A stretch of 64,000 nt of DNA, from positions 62,001 through 126,000 of the forward strand of contig JAQGDQ010000420.1 of assembly GCA_030141605.1 (NCBI GenBank). Reading direction: 5' to 3'. Positions 51,501 through 64,000 of this stretch are shown here, in pieces; the first letter of the stretch is position 1; every line of letters begins with the position of its first letter. The notes beneath the pieces were generated by a model. It saw only the letters and a program-made list of their open reading frames with translations. It was not told the origin of the DNA and ran no database searches. Origin of the DNA: Tubiluchus corallicola (lineage: Eukaryota > Animalia > Priapulida). The position numbers were made by a program, and so were the translations under genes.

Positions 51501-54500
51501 ATTGATTTGTAACATCTCAAGGAGGCACTGGTCACTGCTGATATCCAACTGACAGAAAGCACGTTATTCGGCAGTACATCTTATACCCAAGTAGTCTTCT
51601 TAAGTAGAAGATATACCATTTAGTCATGTAGTCAGTTAGAAAAATAAACAGTCACCAGCATGTGTAGGACACATGCATGGCATGATGTTTATATTTGCTA
51701 AGTTTTGCTACTTGTTTCCATACTGTACTTACACTTATGTCATTAAAAGATTTAATGTGTTAAATGATAATATTAAATATTTAAATAATTTTAGTTTACC
51801 TTGATATTTGTGGAAGTTGGAATTGTACATTATAATTAGGTGCTGCCATCTATGGGCTACTCCTGTTACATTCTACCAGCTGACTTACCCCCAGTATAAT
51901 TGTATGGTCCAGTGAATGCATATTCACTGGTTCTCTCCTTATTTTAAAGTAGTGGTTGTTGTGAAGCCTGTGCAAGTCTGCATAGATCAAGTCTTATACC
52001 TATATATACTGACTGTTTTTGCTTTCTAGTCACTCTCTCTCTCAGTGTTCAGTGCAGCAGTTGTGCTACTCATGTTTCTATAGTTTTAATAAACACTTTT
52101 CTGTTGTGTGCAGTGCAAATATGTATTATAGGTTTTTTATTCTTATTCATACTTCTGTGCCTAAACTCAATCATAATAAAGTGAGTGAACAACAACTTCA
52201 AATGACTTTCACAATATTAATGAAATCTGCACTTGAGATTTTATAAGATATATGCTTTTTTATATTAGCTTTTATGTTAACCAAACCTAATTTCTTTTTA
52301 GTGAAATGACGATACCTTTCCTAACAAGTAGACATGCTGAAATTGCCCGCAACAGTTTAATTGTCGACCGGGAGCCACGGAAAGCACATTGTCATAAAGA
52401 ACTAGAAGTTAGTTCTAACATATTAACAGTGTACGTATATGCAGAAATGTAAGAGATTGTTGATAAATTGATTTGCCATTGTTAAAACGACTGCACTTGT
52501 GGACTCCTTTTAATGCTGACTTTGGGACCAGGCGGCATAGTTTGATGCTGATTTCGATTCATAGTCACTTATACTGATAGCTCATTAGGTCATAGGTGAG
52601 ATGGCAGTAGCTTTCAAAATATTGATAGTAAATCCTTAATGTAAAAATAAGAGTGATACATAGACATTTGTCGTTTGTCACAGTCAAGTTGTAAACAATT
52701 TTTCTACAGGCGACCTCTGGTATTATTATACAAAAATATTAAAAGAAAAATTGACACCAAACTCTACAAAGGTGTAAAAAATGTTTTACGCGCTTATCAA
52801 AGTAAAGTTAGATGAAAAAATATTTTCAAATCTTTAAACATTAAACTGTCTTACTTTCATATTACATTAAATTTTGCAGAATCATGTACCAGTATTGATA
52901 AATTAATATGATTACTAGCCAAGGCCCGAATAACGAATTTTGCACATAAACCCACAACGACAACCCACGCCACAGCACCCACCACCCTCACCACACCACA
53001 AACACCATACCATAACACCTACCCCCACACCACACCACGTCAACCACATCACGCCACCTGCACTGTGCCACATCCCCCACTCTATACCACACCACAGCAT
53101 ACTTGCTGCATCCACTATACCACACTACATCACGTGATGATGGTGATGCAGACAATGATGATTGGAGCTTTCCCCTACGCCCCCCGTTCATACCGATGGG
53201 CCCAATTCAAAAAATAAACCCCCAATGAGATGACACTAGATTGAGACCTTTCATTTGATTTATAGATCTCCATGAATGGTGCTGTCCTCGGAATATATAA
53301 GACTAGCCAAACACCGCAAAAAGAATTTTGTGCATAAACTCACAACAACCCCCTCCACACGATGCCAACCTGGCACACCACTCACCTTACACCACCCACA
53401 CCTCACTACCTACACCTTAGCACAACACCTATCCATCACCCAGTAACTTTTTAGAATGTATAAACAGAACAATGTTCAGTACAATAAAGTTCTTATAAAA
53501 GTAATTAATTAATAAGGCTCATGTACACAGCTTCACTTTTGTTTTGATTGTTTTTCATCAAAACAAATTTTCGCAATGCTTTGTTTAAAAGAAAACGGGA
53601 AATTTTATATAAATTGGTAATGCAAAATTAGTGAATTGAAGCAGTGAACTGATTGTGTTCTTGAATACTGGAAATAAGTGCAGCATCACAAAGCCTTTTT
53701 GCTCTTCTTTTAGAGGCTGAAGCTGAGTCATTTGCTAATGCATCAGCTGATTCACACAGTAAAACAGCTCGGCTGAAGCTGAGTCAACTGCTAATGCATC
53801 AGCTGATTCACACAGTAAAACAGCTAGCTCGGCTGAAACTGAGTCAATTGCTAATGCATCAGCTGATTCACACAGTAAAACAGCTAGCTTGGCTGAAACT
53901 GAGTCAATTGCTAATGCATCAGCTGATTCACACAGTAAAACAGCTAGCTCGGCTGAAACTGAGTCAACTGCTAATGCATCAGCTGACTCACACAGTAAAT
54001 TAGCTAGCTCGGCTAAAGCTGAGTCAGTTGCTAATGCATCAGCTGACTCACACTGTAAATTAGCTAGCTCGGCTGAAGCTGAGTCAGTTGCTAATGCATC
54101 AGCTGACTCACACGGTAAATCAGCTAGCTCGGTTGAGGTTAACTGACTCATTAGTTAAGTCAGCTGAAGCTACGAGTTTTTGTTAACTAAATAAATGATA
54201 AATTGTTAGTAAACTGTTAAATTATGGAGACAAATTTTTTAAATAATTAATGTTGCTTATACACAGAAAAATGTACAAATTCAAATAATGCATTAAAAAT
54301 CAATTTTTTATTATTATAAAAAAGCAGTGGATTTATTGTAAATATAATTTAAATCCAACTGTTGGCAAGGCTTATCTTGATAACTGACGAATCGATACCA
54401 AAACACCAAAATAATCCCATACGTGTGACTAACGTTGCCTATTTGTGTATATTTGCCTATATAAAATTGACCAGCTTTCGCATACAAAAATTTCTAAATT

Positions 54501-54898
54501 TAGTATCTCTGCCAGCACATGCACAATCTGACCACGAATCCACAATGCGTTTGCCATATTTCAACCAGTAGTTTACAGTGTCACACGATTATCACGAGCG
54601 AAAACCTTTGCAGCTGGCAAAAATATCAGCTAGCTCGACACCCATCACTAAGGGACTGGCGCGACTAAAGCTGGGTTTCCGGCTAGGTCGACTGTAGAAA
54701 TAAACCGACTGGAGTTCAGCTGGAAAGGCGCTGCTGTAAATATATTGCAATCATCCAAATTGTTTCTTTTACAGCAAAATCCAGGCAAGCGAAGCTCGGA
54801 TTCTCAGGGTTAGCATCAACTCCTTCTTGGACCACTTGATGTTGGTCATGTCTACAATTGACCAGTTTGATCTGGTACAAGTAGATGATTCAAGATAG
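48568..54898 (+). CDS. LAGE3: KEOPS subunit LAGE3/Pcc1 (3 exons, ~95 aa)
   Basis: Exons 52302-52430 (EMTIPFLTSRHAEIARNSLIVDREPRKAHCHKELEVSSNILTV) and 54775-54898 (KIQASEARILRVSINSFLDHLMLVMSTIDQFDLVQVDDSR*) match the Pcc1 pattern. Putative first exon 48568-48602 (MSIPVKDGQLHV, phase-compatible) is less certain. Confidence 0.8.
49407..49873 (+). mobile_element. Internally deleted hAT (Buster/Charlie-like) element with a transposase fragment
   Basis: TIR CAGTGGTTCCC...GGGAACCACTG. Perfect TSD TATTATTG. Fragment LKLA*LADIFSVLNELNISIQGNNMNIVEAHEKLSAFK. Confidence 0.9.
51800..52215. mobile_element. Second copy of the 10785-11210 repeat family (inverted)
   Basis: ttaggtgctgccatcta and aattgtatggtccagtgaat are reverse complements of the 11 kb blocks. 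Confidence 0.6.
52913..53445 (+). mobile_element. Helitron-like non-autonomous element with duplicated head and CAC-rich core
   Basis: actagccaa...gaattttgYRcataaacYcacaac occurs at ~52914 and ~53302. gagacctttcatttgat motif present. Confidence 0.4.
53714..54150. repeat. 60-bp tandem repeat (~7 copies) in LAGE3 intron 2
   Basis: Unit agctcggctgaaactgagtcaattgctaatgcatcagctgattcacacagtaaaacagct. Confidence 0.95.
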
Positions 54899-56803
54899 AA
54901 ATGATATCACGTTCGTTTTGGCTGCTTGAACTGGACAAAGCATGAAGAAAAACTGATGCGCGTAGATCTGAGCTCAGAAGATGAGGAGGAAAAGGTCAGA
55001 CTGTTTAAGCTTTTTATGAAGCTTAATTGGAAACCTGAGTTTTCAACAGTAATGTGAGATTGCAGTAAATGCATTTTCCCTTCACACGTTATACAAACTA
55101 CCTTGAAAATATTTTCTTTCTTAAGATTTTTTTCAATATATGACATCAAGAATGTTGCTTAAATGCATTTAGAAATGCGTAGATTAAAAAGTTTTTCAAG
55201 CAAAATTCATATTTGCATATAACGTTATAATAAATTTAAATTACCTATTTTTTTACCTATACACGATAAGTCCTTGTTACACCTTTCTCTTGTTTTCAAT
55301 TTTACCTTTTTACTTGTATAACCACCACAACAGCAACTTAATTAAGCTTAATGGATCATAAAGCATCTCCATCAGAAGACAGTGGCATTGTCTTCAAAAC
55401 TTTTAAGATTTCCACTGACCGATGTAATGGTTATGCAGTAGTTATTACAGTGATTACTCCCCGTGATAATGCTAGCTAGACTATGTATTGAGTTTACCAT
55501 TGACAATTGAAAAAAAACCGAGCCGCTATGGTAAAAAAACAACCATAGATCATTAAAGCTACCCGCCCCATCTACACCACACGCAACTGCACTAATCCGA
55601 CTAGGATTCGGATTTCAGCTGTTAACTTATCTTCATGTTGTGTTTTGTTTCTCTCGGAAAGCTCGTAGAGAAAACCAGAAAACACGTCGTCAAATTAAAC
55701 TGTTTGTTATACGAGAATTCTACAACACAAAAGTATGAAAGAATGTGAAATGTTTACAGTAAATGTGATATGATAATCTGGAAATGTGAAAGCGAGAAAG
55801 CGTATCTGAGAATACGAGGTTACAAGAGAATAAACTCCAGCGGCCAGCTCCGCCTTATATATTCAGTGCAGAAAGTTCTCGACACTTCTACAAGGTAAGA
55901 AGATTGTTCTACTATACTATAGAACATTTTAAAATATTCTATTTAATTCTAGTGGATCTCCACAACAGTTCATTAATTCTGCTACTGTTATTCTATAATA
56001 ACTTTTTTATTAACTACGGAATTATAAGCCTACTTTTTGTAATTTTACTGTTAAATTATGTAAGAAGTCTTGCACAGCATCATCACAAAATTATTTATAA
56101 AAATTATTGTGTATTGATAATGTACATTTATTTGCAATAACTGTATTACACTTTCTAGCTTGTACAGTTTTTAAAATATTAAAAATTTAATGTCACTTTT
56201 CTTTGTGCAGACTTCAGTAAAATTAAAGTTGCATACTTTTAAACAGTTATTTGTTTTTGTCTGACGTTATTTGTGTTAAGCAAACATTTCTTGAAATGCG
56301 CTTGGAAAAAGCTGAGATAAATAATAACATGACTCCACAGTGTGATTAATTTTTGAAATTATTCGTGATTTTGATACAGTCTACATTTTGTGAATGCTGC
56401 AACATTCCACTTTTTTATTAATATACACTTATTTTATCATTGATCACTCGTATTTTGATTGCAAAATCAGGTGAAATTACTGCAGAACAGCTTACACACT
56501 TTGGATTATTCATACGTGTACGTCACAGCATCACAGTTTCACTAGTCGTGAGTTTTTTTATAAGTTGTCCATTTGCCATCAAATGATGTCCAATACAAAG
56601 ACCTACCAACTGAACAAACATGTCCATTATAAGATGGCAGAAAGCGTAGTACTCCAATATGACACGTTTACTTTTTTTTTGAAATGCACTGGCCAATGTT
56701 GTATATGGCTTTCACCAGCACCACCATACTTGTCACTTACATCACAGATCGGGAATGACCTCAATTTGCTCACGCCCGTCGGTTGGAATTGGCTTCAACT
56801 TGC

Positions 56804-59800
56804 TCATGCCCATTTTTCAAATTTTATTTGGCTGTCTTTCAAACCCAGTTTTAATAGGTATGATTGCATGCTTTCAATCATGGGTAGAGGTCCACATATA
56901 TAACACTGTGTAGTAGCCATATCCAAATTGCTCAAAGCTGTCTTCAGCTTTTCCTCATCAATTCTTCCAACTGGAAAAATGGCAACGTCTATTAATTCCA
57001 AAACTCATTTGAATATCTAAACTGATTGATTCCTGATAGATTTCCTACTAGATGCCGATATTGAATTTCTGACAATTTGCAAATGATGTTATTAAAAATT
57101 TGTAAGTGTAACACTCACAAAGCACTAACTTAGTAACTTTTTAGAGCACTTTTATGTCTACTGTAGTCATCACATTAAAACGAAGCTCTAAGAGAAACCC
57201 AACCTGTTGCCATGACACGACGTTTGAATGACTCGACACAAATGAATTAAAAATTTGAAGAATTAATAAAGACTTCATTCTGTTTTACAATCAATTTTGC
57301 GCTACCTTAGTTTAAAATACCACTTCCAATTAATACTTGAGCATTCTGATATGACTCAATCTATTACCTTCCACATCAGAAGTTTGGCCATCTTCAGATT
57401 TGGTTGTATATAGCTTGACTTTGATATTTGAAAATTCTTCTGCTAACATCATTAGCGTTTTCTGAAAGAGGAAAATCGAAAAAACCGGTCACTTCACAGT
57501 GATCTAAATTCGATCACACAATTTGCAGAGAAACTGATTCACATTACGAAATAAATAAAGCCAATTAACCACCATTCACCATCTACTGCATGAATGCTAT
57601 ACTATTGCATGGATTATTTCATGAATTGTTGATCAGGAATATATTTATGGCATAAAAAAGAAGTGCAAGTATTTCTATTTCTTTGAAATCATTACATTAT
57701 GATGACAGAGCATGAATTAGCAGAAATTACATAAGGAACAAGGACTGGGATAAATGTCATATTTCTTCTGATTTTTTTAGTCACCTGAAATTTATTTTAA
57801 GCGAAATACAATCTTTAAGACTTAAAGCACAAGAAAACCCTTCATAAACATAAAGGTTGAAAAATTCGTTTTGAAATTTTATTTCACTTACATACTGCCT
57901 TTTTGCATGCAGGACTTCAATCAGCAGTCACGCTGTATAAAACATGTAAATTTAAACTCCCGCGATGACCGTTAGACGCAGCCATTTTCACGACAGGTCA
58001 TTTGAAACAAGTTTAGATAACATTTTGTATAGTTTGAAAAAATAATCAGAGCATTCGTAGCGCACAAGTCACTAACTAAATAAAATTTAAAATTACTGTA
58101 TCTTGTCAATAAGATTAAAAATACGTTTTTTGGTTAGTGAGTGGTGCACCCTGTAGGGTGAGTCAGCTACATTTTACCAATTGGTGAAAACATTTTAAAT
58201 AATTAATAATTTTCTTTTCTAGTTACATAAGTCTTTCTAGCAGGTAAGCGAAAATCTAAGTAATATAGATTTGCACGGAAATTCTTTTGAGATATAATTT
58301 AGTATTGCTCTTTCTTCCCTTGATTTACGTTTGGCACATGACGTCATGTAATGGCGACTTCGGAACAGTATTGCGGGAGATTTAAAATGAAAACAAACTA
58401 AAATTCCTTTCAGTGCGAGTAAGATATACGCTATAATTGCTATAAAGTAATATAATTTTTTAAGGCGATTTTTCTGAAACCTACTTTAGGTACCCCTTTT
58501 CTTGTCCTCTAAATTAAAGTGCCGAACCTGGACAAGCACTTTGAAAACTGTCACTTGCACATTGTATATTTACAATTTTTGTTTCAACTTGTAACAAAAA
58601 CTATTTATTTATTGTACAAGCATGATAAAATCATCTCTATCACTCTTATCATTTAGCCATCTAGCATTTTGTAAGTTTCAGCAGAATTCTAAAGCATAAA
58701 AACTGAAAACTGTCAAATAATCATAACAGTAAGTATCTTTGGACTAAGCATATGTTATGAATTCTTACTTTATGTATAAGGTCTCCCTTTGTCTCAGCAC
58801 TGTATAGTAAAAGTATGGATCCTATTGGTGTGACGCTATCACCTGCAGCTGCAGACTGAATCAACTCAGCTGCATGTTGAATCATAGAATACAGCGGGTT
58901 GATGCCAATGCCTCCAGCAATTAACAGTAAATCAGACTTGGTATCCGTTGGTAGGGGGTCATAGAAGAAATCTCCTCCCACACGTACAGTAACTTCACTA
59001 CCTAAATGGCACTGCAAAATAAGTCAGAAAATCAATTTTTACGGTGTGATATCAGCAGCAGTAATAAAACTTACTTTCAAGCCAAACGCTTGAATGAACA
59101 AATGACAGCTACACATTAGAACACTTATATAAACATTGCAAAATAACTTGACTTGAAATTGTACCTTTTCGTGCACCCATGTTGCTGGTGCTGCATCACT
59201 GGATTTTACAGCCAATTCTATTAAGTTCATCAATTGAAGTTTTAGGGGTGAGGAACAAATTGAAAATCCACCAACTTCACTAACTTCGGGAGTACGAAAA
59301 TCTACCCTAAAAATGCAAAACTCTTTAATTACAAGTATTGCCATTAGATGGCACCACTTAATGTGTCGTAGTTTCATCAAGTTGGCGATTAAAGAATATA
59401 GCAAATACACCCGTATCTCAGTTTGCCGAACCACCCTTCTACAGTTGTCGGAAAAATTGAACCATAAAGTCCCGCATACTACGGATACAGTCCGTTGTTT
59501 CGCGAGTTGACCGCTAGTTGGCCGGCCGTCACTTTGTTTACATCATTACATCAGTGTAACCACATGTATATCTCTATGTATAAAAATATAGAGTCAACCA
59601 TGTGGAGTTATTTGAGACAATTGCCGACAGTTTTTACATACTTTTGCATTGGAGTGGCCCGTACTAGACGTTTTTGTGACAATTAGGTTAGTATCGGTAA
59701 ATATAGACAATCGGCAAATTCGGACCGATTCCACGTTTGTCCAGCAAACAGATATGAGTGTAAGTGTTAAAACATAATTAATTGAGTTGTTTTGGGACCT

Positions 59801-60684
59801 GTTAACTGTCATATTTACGTTTACAAAATTATTTTTTCATTAAAAATTGGTTAATTTCAACCTACCACTGACCGGCTTTGAATGTTAAATTAGGATTCTC
59901 CACTTTTAGCGTCAAGGATTTAACATTCTCGGAAGCATTAGTTACCGATATCACTGTTGCTTTAGAGCTTGACTGAAACAGAAAATGTAGTTTACGCAAC
60001 AGTGCCACACATACATTATATTGGCTGGAATCATGGTGAAGTATAGTTAATCAATATGATAAGTTATATTTCAGATACAGACAAAATAAAATACTGATGA
60101 TTCACATTTTATAGAAAGTCGAGTAATGAAAACTTAAGTGTCATAAAAATGTAACTGTCATTTTAGACAAATGTGTTTTTCTTTTCAAACTGAATCAAGT
60201 ACATCCTGCCTGCGGCCTGCACATGTTAACTATAATAATAATAATAATAACACATGACTATCCTAAACAAACTCACTTCTGCTCTGAATGATCCACTCGT
60301 ACGTTCCATGTGTTCACCCATAGCAGCCATTGTCATATGAAGGAACCTTTAAATAAGATCAACAAATAAAGTAGATTAATGTGTTTACATCAGAAAAATG
60401 CAATGAAACCAGCAGAAACAGAACGGCGTACTTATTAGTTCAACGAAACAAAAGATTACTGACTTTTTATGTTGGCGACAGAGATTATTGCTGTCCAATG
60501 CAGTCACACCCACTTTCCTGAACAGACGTATTGTGGATGAAGGAAGCCTCATAACTATTGGACGAAGAGAAACGAATGAAACCTCGTCCAATCTAACATA
60601 ATACGTAAGAAGTTAGAAAATACCGGTTACAGCAAGAAATCAATACATGGTTGAGGCATGACTGTCTCACCGGCGAACGCACAT
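56804..60684 (-). CDS. OXNAD1: Oxidoreductase NAD-binding domain-containing protein 1 (spliced)
   Basis: Exons 60346-60277 ([13 protein letters not shown]), 59972-59866 (..FKAGQW), 59306-59165 ([19 protein letters not shown]), 59011-58769 ([24 protein letters not shown]), 57461-57368, 56970-56804 ([15 protein letters not shown]). Splice phases all compatible. Putative first exon 60684-60671 (gccATG, MCVRR); the 5' end is uncertain. Confidence 0.9.
59408..59760. mobile_element. Tc1/pogo-type MITE in an OXNAD1 intron (same family as 63019-63457)
   Basis: TA|CACCCGTATCTCAGTTTGCCG...CAGCAAACAGATATGAGTG|TA. Internal similarity to the 63 kb copy. Confidence 0.75.
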
Positions 60685-61479
60685 GGCGATTGTCGCGGCA
60701 TCTGTTGAGAGAAACGGGTACAACTACGTACATATAATTATTTCTTATAGCAGTTTATTACCAAGAGAACATGTCATAGTTTTTCACACATATTTACTTG
60801 ATAAACAAATATTTTATGAAGTCTCGTTTTTACATTATTTCTTCACTCTTAACTATTGTAGTGACCCATAATAATAATTTAGTGTCAATTCATTCATGTT
60901 ATCCTTTTTCTATGCAATTGTTGTGAATGTTTTATATTTATTGCTATATTACGTATTCAAATTGTCAGCACTTCTCATAGTTATACTAAATAGAACACGG
61001 AAATGAATGCAATTATAAATAATTGCTGATTAAGATAATAATGGTACATTAAACATGCAACTACTGCATGAATTTACTAATAGTATCTAGAATACTATAA
61101 CAAATATTCGATAACATCAAGTTCTTTGGAATCATTTATTGTCTCACAAGTAAACATAAATACAAATTGCCAGTATCAGATAGTGAAATTCATGATGACT
61201 GGTGAGTTTAACAAAATAAGTTTAATATCAGCCTACTGCAGCAACTACAGTTATAAAAAATTATACATTAAGGTTAAGACTAAACTAGCCCCAAGTTTTT
61301 AACATCATTAAGGTTACCTACGTGTTGAGCAATAGCAGATTAACGACAAAAAATAAACAGACTTTGGCATTACAGCTTTTAGGAATAATAAACGTTTAAA
61401 CCTGCAGATGCTCAGTCAGCATGGTGCAGCAAACTTGTAGTGAATATGAGCTTACACAAAAATCTTAGTTCTATTAGCA

Positions 61480-62049
61480 TAGGGTTACCATATTGTCTGA
61501 GTTGAAAAAGAGGACCACATGTCGAGCATTCGGCTTCCCAGTAATATCGACCTGCACGAAAACGCGGGTACTTAGCATTCATTTCATCTGTAAATGCACA
61601 CTGTCGTTTCGGCATTGCTACTTGTTAATTAACTTTTACCACTTGCTCAAAACAGTGAAACTGTACAAATTTAAAGAAATTCACATAAAAACAAACAAAA
61701 TGGCTCCTGGAAGCTGACGTCATTTTATGTCGTTAGCGAATACGACGAGTATTGACAGCGGTGTGAGTTGTGCGACCCACAGAGATGTGCGCATCGCTTA
61801 CTTTTGTTCAGTAAATATGTACACTACATAAGCTTTTACACAGGGTTGCATTTTGAGATGCTAGCAACATCATGTATTGAAAATTAACGAGCTTTTCTTT
61901 GTCTCGTACGCCTCTGCAGTTGGCAACATCCGTACATACTTTCGGATTGAGGCAAAACCCGGACAAACAGCCGATTTTTTGAAAACCCGCCCGGACAGAG
62001 GCGCAAAAAGAGGAGGTGTCCGGGGAAACCCGGATGTATGGTAACCCTA
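61480..62049 (-). mobile_element. Internally deleted hAT element retaining the transposase N-terminus
   Basis: TIR TAGGGTTACCATA...TATGGTAACCCTA. Perfect TSD TATTAGCA at 61472-61479 and 62050-62057. Peptide MPKRQCAFTDEMNAKYPRFRAGRYYWEAECSTC. CCGGA subterminal repeats. Confidence 0.88.
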
Positions 62050-63018
62050 TATTAGCACCACTCCTAGCAACAAGTAGCTAACTAAGTCTTTTGCTGTGTT
62101 TGCTGTATTGCTAAATAGTATTTTACATAGGCTATCATAGCTGATAAGATCTACATCAAGAATTCACTTAGAAACAAAAGCATCATCCTTCAGGATGGAA
62201 CAACAACATACAACATTCAAAATTGATGTAGAACATAACAGCTGATGTTCCATGTTTGCATTAGCATTTACACTGCGGATCTACACAAGTAAGCACGATT
62301 CATAGCTGACGTCATGAGGTATTCTACCAGAAGCAAGCAAACGAGATTCCCTATTAATCATACCCCTCTTTTCTATGTTCTATCAACAACACAACATATC
62401 GACAGGGGTAGTCATTGAGTGCAACTGTTGCACATTTACATTATTATTGCACTATTATAGACAAACAAAAAATTGCTTATGACAGTGACGACACAACAAA
62501 TTTAATGTTACGAAAAATCAAAACCACATAGTGAAATCTGAATTGTTTACTAACATAACTCATCTTCAATAATAAATTTATACTAATCATCTAGGTGTTT
62601 TAAGTCATTACAAAAAATAATATAGAGTAAACAGAGATTCGGAAAACCATGTCATGGCACGATTGCAATTTCATAATGCAGAACAGTGGACGACATAATA
62701 CGTCATGCTAAGTGCTGAGAAATATGCTTCGAAGTCATAAACAAACAAGAAATGGAAAATTTGGCTTCTGTTTTGTAAACACAAAACAGAATTTTTATGG
62801 AAGAAATGGTGGTGTTTGGCAACATAAATCTACAGAAGACCCCCCCCCCCCCGACTACTTTTAAAAGTTACTATAAATTATAATTAAAATTCACAAACTT
62901 TTAATTTTCGTCTTCATTGCCAATATTAAGAAAATGGAACAAACTCAATTGTTGTCTTAAAGTGTGGGCACATGGGCGAATTAAAATAGTTGCTCTTTCC
63001 GAGACTTGCATCTATATA

Positions 63019-63457
63019 CACTCATATCTCGGTTTGCCGGATATCGGAAGAATCTGGCAAAATCTGGACTAAAAAATCCCGCATGCTACAGACACAGTCC
63101 ACTGTTTTGTGAGGTGACTGCTAGTTGGCGGACCGTCACTTTGTTTACATGCAATCAGCATGTAACGACATGTATGTAGGTTGTATGTCAGCGTGTTTAT
63201 GTGGTTTAATTAGCGTGTGCAAGTGGTTTAGAGTAATTAAGCGGAGATATTTGAGTCAATTGCGAAAATTTTTATATACACTTGCATAGAAGCGGCCCAT
63301 ACTGGACGTTTTTGAGACAATTAGGCACATGATTCTGCATTACGGCTAGTCTAATACACGGTATCTACTGTATTAGCATAGTATCTGAAAATACAGACAT
63401 TCGACAAACTGTGACCGACTTCTCCCCGTTTTTGTCCAGCAAACCCAGATATGAGTG
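63019..63457. mobile_element. Tc1/pogo-type MITE
   Basis: TA|CACTCATATCTCGGTTTGCCGGA...TCCAGCAAACCCAGATATGAGTG|TA. Confidence 0.8.
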
Positions 63458-63796
63458 TAATGTTTAAAACTTTGTGCTGATTAATCCACACTTTACAGCA
63501 CATTCCCTGTTTAAAAACTGAAAATGTTAGAAATACCAAATTTTCAATTGGAGGGTTAATTTCAGAAACCTTCACTTTTTTGTCTCCAAGATTGCACAGG
63601 GTAGGGGTCCTGCCGCATTGCATTGCTTGGGGCTTACAAGTGGCATCATACTTTAACAGACAACAATAATAATTCCATTATCATTAATATCCAGGATAAC
63701 AAACATGACTGAACATCTAAAAATCTGGATCAAGCTGACATTTTTGACAATCTCATCTAGTGCTCAGACAAAAATTAAAAGTTTAAGGTCTAGCTC

Positions 63797-63900
63797 AGGG
63801 GTGTGCAAAGTGCAGCCCGCCGAGAGATCTTGTGCAGCCCGCGAAGAGGTTTGTCAACGTAATGAAAGTGCGGCCCATGCAATCCAGCTGAAATCTGCAC
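63797..63900. mobile_element. Left end of a hAT-type MITE
   Basis: CAGGGGTGTGCAAAGTGCAGCCCG with repeated gcRgccc subterminal motifs. No right end recognised in the window. Confidence 0.45.
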
Positions 63901-64000
63901 CAATATCGCAAAGATAGTGCGGGTAGTTTTTTCCTCTAGATCGGATGGCATTAACCCTTACAAGACCGTTGTCACTTAATATCACTGTCGGACATGATGA

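Noticed and set aside
53735-54151. 138-aa Ala/Ser/Leu repeat protein
   Set aside because: The 60-bp repeat is open in several frames on both strands, lies in the LAGE3 intron and has no gene context.

Overview
AT-rich, intron-containing eukaryotic DNA, probably from an invertebrate animal (taxon not determinable from the sequence alone). The main feature is a cluster of four spliced myohemerythrin-type genes that the ORF track misses. I reconstructed them by hand: Hr1 5788-8279 (-), Hr2 22593-24523 (-), Hr3 32041-33463 (-) and Hr4 39593-40945 (+). All four have the same exon layout (54/129/128/52-70 nt) and a TATA box with an RCGTG (HIF-type) core 30-52 nt upstream. Hr1 has Tyr in place of an iron-binding His and ends in KDEL. 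Inside the cluster is an intronless TTLL4-like glutamylase reduced to its catalytic core, with a signal-peptide-like N-terminus. Downstream are an intronless GT10 alpha-1,3-fucosyltransferase, intronless YIPF6 head-to-head with a spliced LAGE3/Pcc1 gene, and a spliced OXNAD1. The rest is micro- and minisatellites, MITEs (several with perfect 8-bp TSDs), LINE remnants, a solo LTR nested in a CR1, SINE heads and a Penelope-type hammerhead-like motif. All protein identifications are by eye and recall; no searches were run.
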